A DNA stretch of 64,000 bases from an uncultured Actinomycetes bacterium. GTDB lineage: Bacteria; Actinomycetota; Thermoleophilia; Gaiellales; JAICJC01. Within the stretch, counting starts at the first letter, position 1. Each line of letters starts with the position of its first letter. A model generated the notes under the pieces. That model had not been told where the DNA came from and ran no database searches. It saw only the letters and a program-made list of their open reading frames with translations. Location: the NCBI GenBank assembly GCA_963797175.1, contig CAWCOL010000006.1, forward strand, positions 2,998 to 66,997. The letters are read 5' to 3'. Below, piece by piece: positions 46,267-60,309 of this stretch. The position numbers were made by a program, and so were the translations under genes.

Positions 46267-46578
46267 TCAGGGGATGACATGCACGGTGTGGCCGATCAGC
46301 GTCAGGTCGAGCACCCGGCGCACCGACGGCGACGTGCAGACCAGCTCGAGGCGCGCGCCCCGCTCGGACAGGCGCTGCGCGGCTGCGAGCATCACCCCGA
46401 GGGCAGAGGAGTCGAGCAGCTCCGCATCCGGCGCCGACACGCGGACGACATCGGGTGTCTCCGCCTCGGCCGCGTCGAGCGCCGCCCGCAGGGCGTCGGC
46501 GCTGCTCAGGTCGAGCTCGCCGGGCACGTGCACGACCGCCGCCCGCTCGTCCACCATGGCGTGCTCGATCCGCTCCAC
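46267..46578 (-). CDS. STAS anti-anti-sigma factor
   Basis: GELDL, LLDSSALG, VRRVLDLT; GGTTT-N17-GGGAAC upstream. Confidence 0.85.
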   Translation of the reverse strand: MERIEHAMVDERAAVVHVPGELDLSSADALRAALDAAEAETPDVVRVSAPDAELLDSSALGVMLAAAQRLSERGARLELVCTSPSVRRVLDLTLIGHTVHVIP

Positions 46579-46640
46579 GCCGGCAGGTGTTCCCTCGCGC
46601 CTGTACGGGTCAAACCCGCCAGCCAGTATGCTCGACTGAG

Positions 46641-47012
46641 ATGAGCGTCGGCGAGATCGAGCTGGAGCAGGGCGAGCGACTGCTGGTGGTGGTGCTGCGA
46701 GGCGAGCACGATCTCTCCACAGCCGAGGCGCTGCAGGCCGAGCTCGAGCAGGCGCGGGCGGCGGGCCTGCCGGTGGTGGTCGACCTGTCCGGTGCGAGCT
46801 TCATCGACTCCGCGGTGCTCGGCGTCCTCATCGGCGAGCACGATCGTGCTCGGGCGGACGGCGTGGCGCTCGCCCTGGTCGTCGGCAGCGCCGCCGGGCA
46901 CTCGGTGCGCCGAATCGTCGAGCTGACCGGCCTCGATGCGGTGTTGCCCGTGGCTGAGACGCGCGCCGACGCCGAACGCCTCGTGCTGGCGCGCTCAGCC
47001 GAACTCGAGTGA
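46641..47012 (+). CDS. STAS anti-anti-sigma factor
   Basis: GEHDLSTA, VVDLSGASFIDSAVLG, RRIVELTGL. Confidence 0.88.
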   Translation: MSVGEIELEQGERLLVVVLRGEHDLSTAEALQAELEQARAAGLPVVVDLSGASFIDSAVLGVLIGEHDRARADGVALALVVGSAAGHSVRRIVELTGLDAVLPVAETRADAERLVLARSAELE

Positions 47013-47366
47013 GAACGTCACCGTGAGGCCGGCATCTTCGACGGCGGGGCCCGTCTCCAGGCTCGTGCACAGGCGGCGGAGCAGCGCCAGGCCGAGCCCC
47101 GGGCTGCCGGGGATGGGGTCGCCGTGGTCGGTGACGCTCACCTCGATGCCCTGCGGTGCCGTCCGGAAGTCGAGCTCGATCGGGGCGCCCCCCGCCGCCT
47201 GCGCGCGCTCGATCGCATGCGCGCAGACCTCCGAGAGCACCAGCTTGAGGTCCTCGAGGCTGTCGTCGTCCAGCGTCAGCCGTCGCGCCGTGCCGGCCAG
47301 CGCCATCCGGCAGGTGGAGAGGTGAACGGGGTCGGCGGGCACGATCAGGCGGGCGACGGTGCGCAT
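46995..47366 (-). CDS. RsbW-like anti-sigma factor with degenerate ATP-binding motifs
   Basis: LIVPADP..L...R, DLKLVLSEVCAHAI, VTDHG, GLGLALL. Confidence 0.75.
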   Translation of the reverse strand: MRTVARLIVPADPVHLSTCRMALAGTARRLTLDDDSLEDLKLVLSEVCAHAIERAQAAGGAPIELDFRTAPQGIEVSVTDHGDPIPGSPGLGLALLRRLCTSLETGPAVEDAGLTVTFSLEFG

Positions 47367-47387
47367 CACGCGGAGCGTACCGTCACG

Positions 47388-47702
47388 GTGGCCGTGCAGG
47401 ATCTGCCGGCCGGCGCCGACGTCGCCGGCCAGGTCGCGCTCGCGCTGGCGGTGCGGTCGGGCCTGCCGCCGCTGGCCGCGGATCGGCTGCGGGCGGCCGT
47501 GGAGCGAGCCGTCACCGCCGCCGGGGCGGGCATCACCGTGGGCGTGGTGCCGTCGGACGGTGCGGTGGACGTTCTGCTGGCCGGGCTCGGGCCCTCGGCG
47601 CGGGAGCGCGCCGCCGAGTCGCTCGCGACCGCCGGGGACGTCGTCGCGGAGGGCGACGGCATCCGCGTGACCGCCGTGCGGCCCCCTCTGGCAGGCGTGT
47701 AA
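47388..47702 (+). CDS. Hypothetical protein, possibly a vestigial RsbW-like fold
   Basis: GC3-biased ORF between the anti-sigma and sigma genes; ALAVRSGLP..AADRL. Confidence 0.5.
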   Translation: MAVQDLPAGADVAGQVALALAVRSGLPPLAADRLRAAVERAVTAAGAGITVGVVPSDGAVDVLLAGLGPSARERAAESLATAGDVVAEGDGIRVTAVRPPLAGV

Positions 47703-47745
47703 GAAATCGGTTTCGATCTCGCCAACGGGCGTTTGCGGCGCTAGG

Positions 47746-48438
47746 ATGGCGGTTGTGGGTGAGCGTCGCGATCATCGCCGCGACACCCTGATCATGCAGA
47801 ACGCAAGCCTGGTCAGGGCGATCGCGAGACGCTACCGGGGACGGGGAGTCAGTGGTGATGACCTCGTCCAGACCGGGTACCTCGGCCTGATCCAAGCCGT
47901 CGACCGCTACGACCCCGGGCGGGGCGTGCCGCTCAGCGGGTACGCGGCGCGGATGATCGAGGGCGAGATCCTCCACCTCTTCCGCGACCAGGGCTGGTCG
48001 GTGCGGGTGCCGCGCGGGATGCAGGAGCTGGGCCGGCGCGCCGCGCGCGCCGCGGACGACCTGGCGCACTCGCTGGGCCGCGAGCCCGAGCTGGGCGAGA
48101 TCGCGGCCGCGCTCGGTGAGCAGCCGGTGGCCGTGGCCGAGGCGCTCGAGGCCCGCAACGCATTTCATGCCACCTCGCTCAGCGCCGGCGACGATGACAG
48201 CGACCGCCATCCGCTGGTGGACGACGCCGGCTTCGACGGCGTGATCGAGCGCGACCTGGTGGTGCGCGCGCTGAGCACGCTGCCGCCCCGCGAACGCCGG
48301 ATCCTCGTCATGCGGTTCCAGCGGGAGATGACGCAGGCCGAGATCGCCGAGCGCATCGGCATCAGCCAGATGCACGTGTCGCGACTGCTCCGCCGGTCGC
48401 TCGACCGTCTCCGCGACGGCGCCGAGCTCGCCGCCTGA
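47746..48438 (+). CDS. SigB/SigF/SigG-family RNA polymerase sigma factor
   Basis: DDLVQTGYLGLIQAVDRYDP, GEILHLFRD.GWSVRVPR, QAEIAERIGISQMHVSRLL; real start may be GTG 47755. Confidence 0.92.
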   Translation: MAVVGERRDHRRDTLIMQNASLVRAIARRYRGRGVSGDDLVQTGYLGLIQAVDRYDPGRGVPLSGYAARMIEGEILHLFRDQGWSVRVPRGMQELGRRAARAADDLAHSLGREPELGEIAAALGEQPVAVAEALEARNAFHATSLSAGDDDSDRHPLVDDAGFDGVIERDLVVRALSTLPPRERRILVMRFQREMTQAEIAERIGISQMHVSRLLRRSLDRLRDGAELAA

Positions 48439-48439
48439 C

Positions 48440-48988
48440 CTACGCCGCGACCGGTTCGACCTCCGCCACGAGCTGGGCCATGAGATCCCCCAGCCGGCTG
48501 TGCTGTGAGCTGCCGCGCAGGCGTCCGTCGTCGTGGAACGCCTCGTGTGCCTTGGCGATGGCCAGGTCGCCGTTGAGCACGCGGGCGCCGGCGATGCCGA
48601 GCACCTTGCGCAGCTCGGCCTGCGCCCACATGCCGCCGTAGCCGCCGGTGCTCGCACCGATCACCATGGCCGGCCGGCCGCGCAGCGCGTTCTCGGGGAA
48701 CGGCACCGATGCCCAGTCGAGGGCGTTCTTGAGCACGCCCGGGATCGACCCGTTGTACTCGGGTGTGACGAACAGCAGCGCGTCGGCGGCGGCGATGCGC
48801 TCGCGCAGGTCGAGCACCGGCGCGGGGGCGTCGGCCTCGTCCCGCTCGCCCGTGAAGGGCGGGATGGTGTGCAGCCCGTCGTACGTGTCCCACTCGACCC
48901 CGGAGGGAGCCAGCTCCTGCGCAGCGCGCAGGAGCCGGCTGTTGTGGGAGTCAGGACGCAGGCTGCCCGAGATGGCCAGCACTCGCAT
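48440..48988 (-). CDS. NADPH-dependent FMN reductase
   Basis: ISGSLR..SHN, VTPEYNGSIPGVLKNALDW. Confidence 0.92.
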   Translation of the reverse strand: MRVLAISGSLRPDSHNSRLLRAAQELAPSGVEWDTYDGLHTIPPFTGERDEADAPAPVLDLRERIAAADALLFVTPEYNGSIPGVLKNALDWASVPFPENALRGRPAMVIGASTGGYGGMWAQAELRKVLGIAGARVLNGDLAIAKAHEAFHDDGRLRGSSQHSRLGDLMAQLVAEVEPVAA

Positions 48989-48994
48989 CGTCGA

Positions 48995-49534
48995 TCACTC
49001 CTTGATCAGCGAGAAGCTGGCGATCAGGCGGACGGTGTCGTCGACCAGGAAGCCGCCGCCCGGGAGCGGGGCGTTCCAGGAGACGCCGAACTCGTTGCGG
49101 TCGATCTCGCCCTCGAGGTCGAGGCCGATCCGCTCGTTGCCCCACGGGTCGCCGTTGGGCCCGGAGATGCTGTAGGTGAACTCGACGGGGCGGGTGACGC
49201 CGTGCAGCGTGACGTCCGCGGTCAGCGTGTCTTCGCCGAGCTCGGTCGCGACGACGGTCGCCTCGGGGTAGCGCTCCGGGTCGAAGAAGTCCGGGGACTT
49301 CAGGTGGCCGTCGCGGTTCTCGTCGTGGGTGACGACCGAGTCGACGCGCACCGAGCCGGAGATCTCGGGCTCGTCACCGCCGACGACGGTTGCGTCGAAG
49401 TCCAGCAGGCGGCCGCGGATGGTCGCGAAGCCCATGTGCTTGACGGCGAACTCGACGGTCGAGTGGCTGGCATCGGCACGCCACGTCCCGGCTGGGATAA
49501 TGGTGTCCGATCGTGTTGAGAGTGTGATGCTCAC
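48995..49534 (-). CDS. YceI-family protein
   Basis: HSTVEFAVKHMG, RDGHLKSPDFFD, DPWGN, FGVSWN. Confidence 0.92.
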   Translation of the reverse strand: MSITLSTRSDTIIPAGTWRADASHSTVEFAVKHMGFATIRGRLLDFDATVVGGDEPEISGSVRVDSVVTHDENRDGHLKSPDFFDPERYPEATVVATELGEDTLTADVTLHGVTRPVEFTYSISGPNGDPWGNERIGLDLEGEIDRNEFGVSWNAPLPGGGFLVDDTVRLIASFSLIKE

Positions 49535-49561
49535 TTCCGTTCCCTCCTCGGATGAGATATA

Positions 49562-49575
49562 CTTGACTTGTCAAG
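49562..49575. promoter_or_regulatory. Probable MarR operator
   Basis: CTTGAC-TT-GTCAAG between divergent yceI and marR. Confidence 0.6.
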
Positions 49576-49593
49576 CACTATAGCGAGGAACAG

Positions 49594-50052
49594 TTGAGTT
49601 CGCAAGTATTGAGCCCTCAAGCGTTGGACGCCTGGATCGGGCTGCTGCGTGGACACGCCGCCCTGACCCGGAAACTCAACGCCGATCTGATCGCCGAGCA
49701 CGGCATGACGATCAACGACTACGACGTGCTGGTGCACCTCGACCGCGCGCCCGGCCGCCGCATGCGGCGGGTCGATCTCGCGCAGAGCATCCTGCTCACG
49801 GCGTCGGGAATCACCCGGCTGCTGGACGGCCTGGAGCGCAGCGGCTGGGTGTGCAAGAGCCAGTGCGACTCCGACGCCCGCGTCACCTACGCGGTGCTCA
49901 CGGACGACGGGGCGGAGCGGCTCGAAGCTGCGCGGTGCACGCACCTGCGCGGCGTCCGCGAGCTGTTCGCCGACCGCTACACGTGTGACGAGGTGGCCCA
50001 GCTGGGCGAGCTGCTGGGCCGGCTGGACACGCGCGGAGCCGCGACCTGCTGA
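49594..50052 (+). CDS. MarR-family regulator
   Basis: YDVLVHL, LTASGITRLLDGLE, DARV.YA.LT; AGGA before TTG. Confidence 0.9.
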   Translation: MSSQVLSPQALDAWIGLLRGHAALTRKLNADLIAEHGMTINDYDVLVHLDRAPGRRMRRVDLAQSILLTASGITRLLDGLERSGWVCKSQCDSDARVTYAVLTDDGAERLEAARCTHLRGVRELFADRYTCDEVAQLGELLGRLDTRGAATC

Positions 50053-51370
50053 TTGAGTGACCACTCGACCGCGGCGGCCGCGCGGCGGCCGTCGGCGATC
50101 GCGGTCACGATCAGGTCGGCGCCGCGCACGCAGTCGCCCGCCGCCGCGACGCCCGCGGGCACCGCGGCAACGCGGCCGTCCGCGACCTCCACGCCGAGCG
50201 CGCGGTACAGCGGATCGTCCTCGACGCCGGCGAAGCCGATCGCCAGCAGCACCAGGTCGGCCTCCAGCGAACGGCCGCCGTCTCCGGCCACGCGCTGCAC
50301 GCGGCCGCCGGCGCCCTCGAACCGCACTGTCTCGAACCGCCATACGCGCTCGCCGCCCTCCTCGTGCACCGGGTGTGAGCGCAGCACCCGCGGCCACGCC
50401 GGCCAGGTCGCCTGGGGGTCGCGGACGGCCGGCGGCACCGGGCCGTGGGCGACCTCGTGCACCGTCAGCGCCCCCTCGCGCAGGGCGTTGCCCAGGCAGT
50501 CGGCACTGGTGTCGCCGCCGCCCAGCACCACCACGCGCCGCCCCGCGGCCGAGATCCCGCCGGCGCCGCCGGCCACGGCCCGGTTGCGGCCGATCAGATA
50601 GGGCAGCGCGTGCTCGATCCCGTCCAGACCGCGGCCGGGCACGTCGAGCTCGCGGGGCCGCTGCGCGCCGGTCGCCACCACCAGCGCGTCGTGGCGTGCC
50701 CGCAGCCGATCCGCGTCCAGGCCGCGGCCGACGTCCGCGCGGGTCTGAAAGCCGACGCCCTCGGCCTCGAGCTGGGCCACGCGGCGATCGACCATCCACT
50801 TCTCGAGCTTGAAGTCCGGGATGCCGTAGCGCAGCAGGCCGCCCGGCTCGTCGTCGCGCTCGTAGACGGTCACGGCGTGGCCGGCGCGGGCCAGCTGCTG
50901 GGCCGCGGCCAGCCCGGCCGGCCCCGACCCGATCACGCCCACCGAGCGGCCGGTGGGTGCCGCCGGCGGCCGCGGCCGCACCCACCCGTTGGCGAACGCC
51001 TCCTCGACGATCGCCAGCTCGACCGCCTTGATCGCCACCGGATCGTCGTTCAGGGCCAGCACGCACGCCTCCTCGCAGGGGGCGGGGCAGAGCTTGCCCG
51101 TCAGCTCGGGGAAGTTGTTGGTGGCGTGCAGGCGCTCCGACGCCTCGCGCCAGCGGCCGGTGCGCGCCAGCTCGTTCCAGTCCGGGATCAGGTTGCCCAG
51201 CGGGCAGCCCCCGTGGCAGAAGGGGACGCCGCAGTCCATGCAGCGGCCGGCCTGTTCCGCCGCCAGCGCCCGTGCCGGGAGGCAGCGCCTGGTCGCGGTG
51301 GTCGGCCAGCCGCTCGGCGACCGGGCGGTGGCCGGCGCCGCGGCGGCGGATGGTGAGGAAGCCCCGCGGG

Positions 51371-51378
<8 letters not shown>
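49977..51378 (-). CDS. gltD: Glutamate synthase small subunit (apparent +1 frameshift near 51275)
   Basis: ADPRGFL in one frame; RCMDCGVPFCH.GCPLGN.IP, GSGPAG, GGGDT..DC, AGDC.RGA in the next. Confidence 0.9.
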
Positions 51379-55760
<4,382 letters not shown>

Positions 55761-55810
55761 CCTCCCAGGCTAGCAGAACTCGAATCGTTTGAGTCGTTAA
55801 AGGTCTGTGA

Positions 55811-55828
55811 ACGAATCAGTTGATTCGT
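55811..55828. promoter_or_regulatory. Palindrome ACGAATCA-GT-TGATTCGT upstream of gltB, copy 2
   Basis: Perfect 8-bp arms; core shared with 45665-45678. Confidence 0.55.
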
Positions 55829-55829
55829 G

Positions 55830-56867
55830 TCAGACGGCGAGCTCCTGCCAGGGCGTCTCATCAGCCGGCCCCAGGGCGACGGCCGCCCGCGGTGGATCGC
55901 CCAGCTCGAACGCCACCGAGCCGAACGTCAGCCACGGCACCTCGGGGGTCGCGTGCGCGCAGATCGGCGCGGAGCGGTCCTCGAGGATGCGCCGGCAGTC
56001 ATCGAGGCTCTCTGCCTCGGGCGCCTCTCGGTCGAGCAGCCGCTGCCGGGCGACGCTGTTGGCGTGGGCCGGGCCGTCGTCGGCCAGCTCCTCGTCGATG
56101 TCCTCGGTGGCGAGCGGGTGGTTGGTGTGCCAGAGCCGGTCGTCCCCGCCGACGGGCACGGCGCCGCCCGCGGAGCACTCGTAGCCCGCCACCGCATCGC
56201 CCTGGGTCAGCGCATAGTGCTGGCCGGAGGCGTGGGGGATGCTGGTCAGAACGGCCTCCGCAGCGGCCAGCGTGGGCTGGGCCAGCAGGCTGCGGGTGAC
56301 GAAGGCGACCGGCAGCCCGGTCGGGGAGTGGCGGAGCATCGAGAGCGCGTTGACGCAGACGCCGAGGCCGGCCGCGTTGGCGCCGCACAGGCCGATCATC
56401 CCCGCGGCGCTGAGCACGAGTGCGTCCGGCCCCGCCTCGGGGCGGATCCGCAGCAGCACCTGGCCGCCGTCCATCGAGGAGGGGAGGTCCATGGTCTGGG
56501 CCGCCAGTGCGGGACGGCCGTCGCGTGCGGCGACGGCGAGCAGGCTGCAGGCGGCGCGGCTCTCGCGCCGCTCCGAGAACCACCACTCCTCGTCCATCAG
56601 GTTGTGGGCGAGGATCGCGTCGCCGTCGGCGTTCGCCCCCTCGGCGATGCCGCGCATCTCGTCCAGCAGGTCGGGGGCGTGGCGGGCGATCGCGGGCAGG
56701 AAGTCGGTCGCGCCCAGGAACGCGGCGATGTGGTCTGAGGCGGGGCCGCCCGTGCGCCGGGCGGTGGACTCGGCCAGCCGCTCCAGTGCCTCCGCAATCT
56801 GGTCGCGCAGCTGCTCGCCATGGGCGAGCCCCCGCGCGCGTCCATCCCCTTCGCACACGACGAGCAT
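55830..56867 (-). CDS. C45-family Ntn hydrolase (isopenicillin-N acyltransferase-like)
   Basis: RG..HG, EMRGIAEGA, AC-S cleavage site, AQTMD, GANAAGL.V..N, HTNH. Confidence 0.8.
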   Translation of the reverse strand: MLVVCEGDGRARGLAHGEQLRDQIAEALERLAESTARRTGGPASDHIAAFLGATDFLPAIARHAPDLLDEMRGIAEGANADGDAILAHNLMDEEWWFSERRESRAACSLLAVAARDGRPALAAQTMDLPSSMDGGQVLLRIRPEAGPDALVLSAAGMIGLCGANAAGLGVCVNALSMLRHSPTGLPVAFVTRSLLAQPTLAAAEAVLTSIPHASGQHYALTQGDAVAGYECSAGGAVPVGGDDRLWHTNHPLATEDIDEELADDGPAHANSVARQRLLDREAPEAESLDDCRRILEDRSAPICAHATPEVPWLTFGSVAFELGDPPRAAVALGPADETPWQELAV

Positions 56868-56896
56868 CCGGTGAAGACTACAATCGCCGACCGTAG

Positions 56897-57634
56897 ATGG
56901 CACGGCGTCCCGTCATCGGCTACACGATCGAGCTGCAGGATCCGCTGCTGCCCGATGTCGAGGCGGCGCTGCGCGAGCCGCTGCTGCGGTTCGGGGCGGT
57001 GCCGCTGGTGCTGCCGCGGTCGACGCCGGCCGAGCTGCTGGACGAGCTGGTGGGGATGATCGACGGGCTGCAGCTGTGCGGCGGCGCCGACGTGCATCCG
57101 CGCATGTACGGCCACGAGCAGCACGAGCTGACCAAGCCGTTCCTGGACATCCAGGACGAGTTCGAGATCGGGCTCACCCGGCTGGCGTACGACCGGGGGA
57201 TGCCGGTGCTCGGCTTCTGCCGGGGCGCGCAGGTGATGGCGGTGGCCGACGGCGGCTCGCTGGTGCAGGACGTCGCCACGATGGTGCCCGAGCCGGTGGC
57301 GCACCGCAACCGCTGGCGCGAGCTCGGGCTGGAGCCGCCCGGCGACCACTGGCACGACGTCGAGGCGGTGCCGGGCTCGGCCGTCGACCGCTGGCTGGGC
57401 GACGGGCCGCGGCGCGTCAACTCGTTCCACCACCAGAGCGTCGCCGAGACCGGGAGCCGCCTGCGCGTCACCGCCCGTGCCGCCGACGGCGTGGTTGAGG
57501 CGGTGGAGCGCTGCGACGGCCAGGGCTGGGCGGTCGGCCTCCAGTGGCACAACGAGCTGCAGTGGCGCCGTGACGAGCGCTTCCTCGAGCCGTTCCGCGA
57601 GCTGGTGGACGCGGCCCGCGTCCGCGCCGCCTGA
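56897..57634 (+). CDS. gamma-glutamyl-GABA hydrolase family (peptidase C26, PuuD-like)
   Basis: GGADV.P, LGFCRGAQ, VNSFHHQ, DGVVEA, QWHNE. Confidence 0.88.
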   Translation: MARRPVIGYTIELQDPLLPDVEAALREPLLRFGAVPLVLPRSTPAELLDELVGMIDGLQLCGGADVHPRMYGHEQHELTKPFLDIQDEFEIGLTRLAYDRGMPVLGFCRGAQVMAVADGGSLVQDVATMVPEPVAHRNRWRELGLEPPGDHWHDVEAVPGSAVDRWLGDGPRRVNSFHHQSVAETGSRLRVTARAADGVVEAVERCDGQGWAVGLQWHNELQWRRDERFLEPFRELVDAARVRAA

Positions 57635-57641
57635 CCTTCCT

Positions 57642-57880
57642 GGTGTCCGGCACCGTACCGGGCACGGAGCCCGGCACCGACTCTGGCTCGGTGCCAGACT
57701 CGGTGCCGGAGGACTTCCAATACGTGGTGAGGAACGGCGGGTGCCGTGACACGTCGTCGCGGATCCGGCACGAACGACGGCCTGGTTGAGCCGAACCGTC
57801 GAATGTGACGGCCGGCGTGACTGTGGCCCGAACTGTCACAGAGGTGCCGGGTTCCGTGCCGGAGTCGGTACCGGAGTCCG
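57642..57880. repeat. REP-like element copy B with an inverted partner (REPIN-like)
   Basis: 57642-57715 equals copy A minus two 12-mers, with a few substitutions; 57843-57880 carries three units in reverse orientation. Confidence 0.8.
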
Positions 57881-57926
57881 GTGGGCCGCTCCGCTAACCT
57901 CGGCGGGTCACCGGCAGGAGGGACCA

Positions 57927-59282
57927 ATGGAGGCCACGACCGTCATCGACCGCACCCGGCTCGGCGAGTTGATCGAGCGCGAGCGCGGCGCGTTCGCCGA
58001 GCGCAACCCGCGCAGCGCGGCGCTGTTCGAGCAGACCGGCCGCTCGCTGCTGGGAGGCGTGCCGATGAGCTGGATGACGATGTGGGCCGGCGGGTTCCCG
58101 CTCTTCTTCGACGAGGCGCACGGGGCGTCGATCACCGACGTCGACGGCCACACCTACGTCGATTTCTGCCTGGGCGACACCGGCGCGATGGCCGGCCACG
58201 CACCGGAGCCGACCGCCCGAGCCGTCGAGCGGCAGATCCGCCGCGGCACCACGACCATGCTGCCAACCGACGACGCCGCCTGGGTGGGCGAGGAGCTGCA
58301 GCGCCGCTTCGGCCTGGACGCCTGGCAGTTCGCCCTGACGGCGACCGACGCCAACCGCTGGGTGCTGCGCATGGCCCGCGCCCTCACGCGGCGCCCCCGG
58401 GTGCTGGTCTTCAACTACTGCTACCACGGCTCGGTCGACGAGACGTTCATCACGCTGGAGGACGGCGAGCCCCGCGCCCGGGCGGGCAACGTCGGTCCCG
58501 CGGTCGATCCCACCGACACCACCGCCGTCGTCGAGTTCAACGACATCGATGCCCTCCGGCACGAGCTCGACACCGAGCTGGTCGCCTGCGTGCTGGCCGA
58601 GCCCGCCCTCACCAACATCGGCATCGTGCTCCCCGACCCCGGCTTCCACGACGCCCTGCGCGACCTGACCCGCCGCACCGGCACCCTGCTGGTGATCGAC
58701 GAGACCCACACGATGAGCAGCGGCCCCGGCGGCTACACCGCCGCGCACGGGCTGGATCCCGATGTTCTCACGGTGGGCAAGTCGATCGCCGGCGGCGTGC
58801 CGATCGGGGCCTACGGCCTCACCCGCGACATCGCCGACGCCGTGCTCGGGCTCGATGCCGACCTCGAGGACACCGGCGGCGTCGGCGGCACCCTGGCGGG
58901 CAACGCCCTCTCCCTGGCCGCCGCCCGGGCGACGCTGGGCGAGGTGCTGACCGCCGGCGCGTACGCACACATGATCCCGCTGGCGGAGCGGTTCACGGCC
59001 GGAGTCGAGGACGTGCTGGCGTCCCGGCAGATGCCCTGGAACATCGTGCAGCTGGGCGCTCGCGCCGAGTACCGCTTCTGCCCCGAGCCGCCGCACACCG
59101 GCGGCGAGTCCGCCGCCGCGGCCGATCCCGAACTCGACGCCTACATGCACCTTTACCTGATGAACCGCGACGTGCTGATCACGCCGTTCCACAACATGGC
59201 GCTGATGTGCCCGCAGACCACGGCCGCGGACGTCGACCGCCACACCGAGGTGTTCGCGGCGGCCGTGGACGAGCTGCGTTAG
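57927..59282 (+). CDS. Class III PLP aminotransferase (GSA aminomutase-like)
   Basis: DVDGHTYVDFCLGD, YHG, IDETHT, VGKSIAGG, GGTLAGN; AGGAGG SD. Confidence 0.88.
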   Translation: MEATTVIDRTRLGELIERERGAFAERNPRSAALFEQTGRSLLGGVPMSWMTMWAGGFPLFFDEAHGASITDVDGHTYVDFCLGDTGAMAGHAPEPTARAVERQIRRGTTTMLPTDDAAWVGEELQRRFGLDAWQFALTATDANRWVLRMARALTRRPRVLVFNYCYHGSVDETFITLEDGEPRARAGNVGPAVDPTDTTAVVEFNDIDALRHELDTELVACVLAEPALTNIGIVLPDPGFHDALRDLTRRTGTLLVIDETHTMSSGPGGYTAAHGLDPDVLTVGKSIAGGVPIGAYGLTRDIADAVLGLDADLEDTGGVGGTLAGNALSLAAARATLGEVLTAGAYAHMIPLAERFTAGVEDVLASRQMPWNIVQLGARAEYRFCPEPPHTGGESAAAADPELDAYMHLYLMNRDVLITPFHNMALMCPQTTAADVDRHTEVFAAAVDELR

Positions 59283-59298
59283 GCAGCGAGGCTCAGCC

Positions 59299-60264
59299 CT
59301 GTCCCGCCCGCTGCTCGCAGCCGTCGTCGCAGTCGCCGCCATCGCGGCCGGCTGCCATGGCGGATCGGCCTCCTCCGCGGGCGGCACCGGTGCAGCGCCC
59401 TCGAGCTCCGCCTCCGCAGCATGCGCGCAGCCCGGCGGCGCGCCGTCGGTGACCGTATTCCGCGCGGGTGGGTCGTGCGTGCCGCCCGGCGAGCTGATCG
59501 CCTACACCTGCGCCGCGGCCGGGCCGGCGGCGGTGCCGGTCGTCCGGGTGGGCGAGCGGCGGTTCCTGGGCGGACCGTACGCGGTGCGGGTGCCGGCGTT
59601 GCCGCCGGTCGCACGGGAGCTCGGTGCGTCCGGGTCGCTCGCCATCTACGACGCCGCGGCCGACCCCTCGCTGGTCTGGATGCGCCGGGGCGCACGGATC
59701 GACCGACTGCTCGCCCTACCGGCGACCGCAGGCCCGCGGGCGTCGTTCATCGGCGACTCGATCATGCTGGGCGCGAAGCCCGAGATCCAGGCGGCGCTGC
59801 GGCCCGCGTGGCAGGTGGACGTGAACGCGCAGGTGAGCCGGCCGACGCCGGACGGGCTGGCGCTGGTGGACGCCGACCCCGCCGCCTACCGCGACGCGGT
59901 GGTGATCCAGCTGGGCGCCAACGACGGAGGCCAGCCCGATGCCTACGAGACGCACGTGGACGAGATCCTGCGGGCGCTGCGCGCCTCGCAGCTCGTCATG
60001 TGGCTGACGACAGCGGAGGTGCGCAGCTATTACACCGACGACAACCGGCTGATGCGCAGCGTCCTCGGCCGGTTCCCGAATGCGATCGTCGGCGACTGGA
60101 ACCGCGTCTACCCCCGCGGCGATGTCTCATCCGACGGCCTGCACCTGGGGCCGACGGCCGCCCTGGCGATGGCGCACCTGACCGCGGGCCTGCTGGACGG
60201 CTGGCGCGCGGCGGTGGCGGGCCGCGGAGCGGACGCGTGCGGCGCCGCCGTCACCGCGGGCTGA
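59299..60264 (+). CDS. Lipoprotein with C-terminal SGNH hydrolase domain (CTG start candidate)
   Basis: In-frame LSRPLLAAVVAVAAIAAGC upstream of GTG 59449; FIGDSI, LGAND, DGLH. Confidence 0.75.
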   Translation: MSRPLLAAVVAVAAIAAGCHGGSASSAGGTGAAPSSSASAACAQPGGAPSVTVFRAGGSCVPPGELIAYTCAAAGPAAVPVVRVGERRFLGGPYAVRVPALPPVARELGASGSLAIYDAAADPSLVWMRRGARIDRLLALPATAGPRASFIGDSIMLGAKPEIQAALRPAWQVDVNAQVSRPTPDGLALVDADPAAYRDAVVIQLGANDGGQPDAYETHVDEILRALRASQLVMWLTTAEVRSYYTDDNRLMRSVLGRFPNAIVGDWNRVYPRGDVSSDGLHLGPTAALAMAHLTAGLLDGWRAAVAGRGADACGAAVTAG

Positions 60265-60309
60265 AGGGCGCCCCGGCCGCCGTCGTCGCGCTCCACTACC
60301 CTGTCCGGC

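Noticed and set aside
57927-59282. Naming this gene hemL
   Set aside because: No hem gene context and the DETHT/FCLGDTG motifs fit a separate class III aminotransferase group
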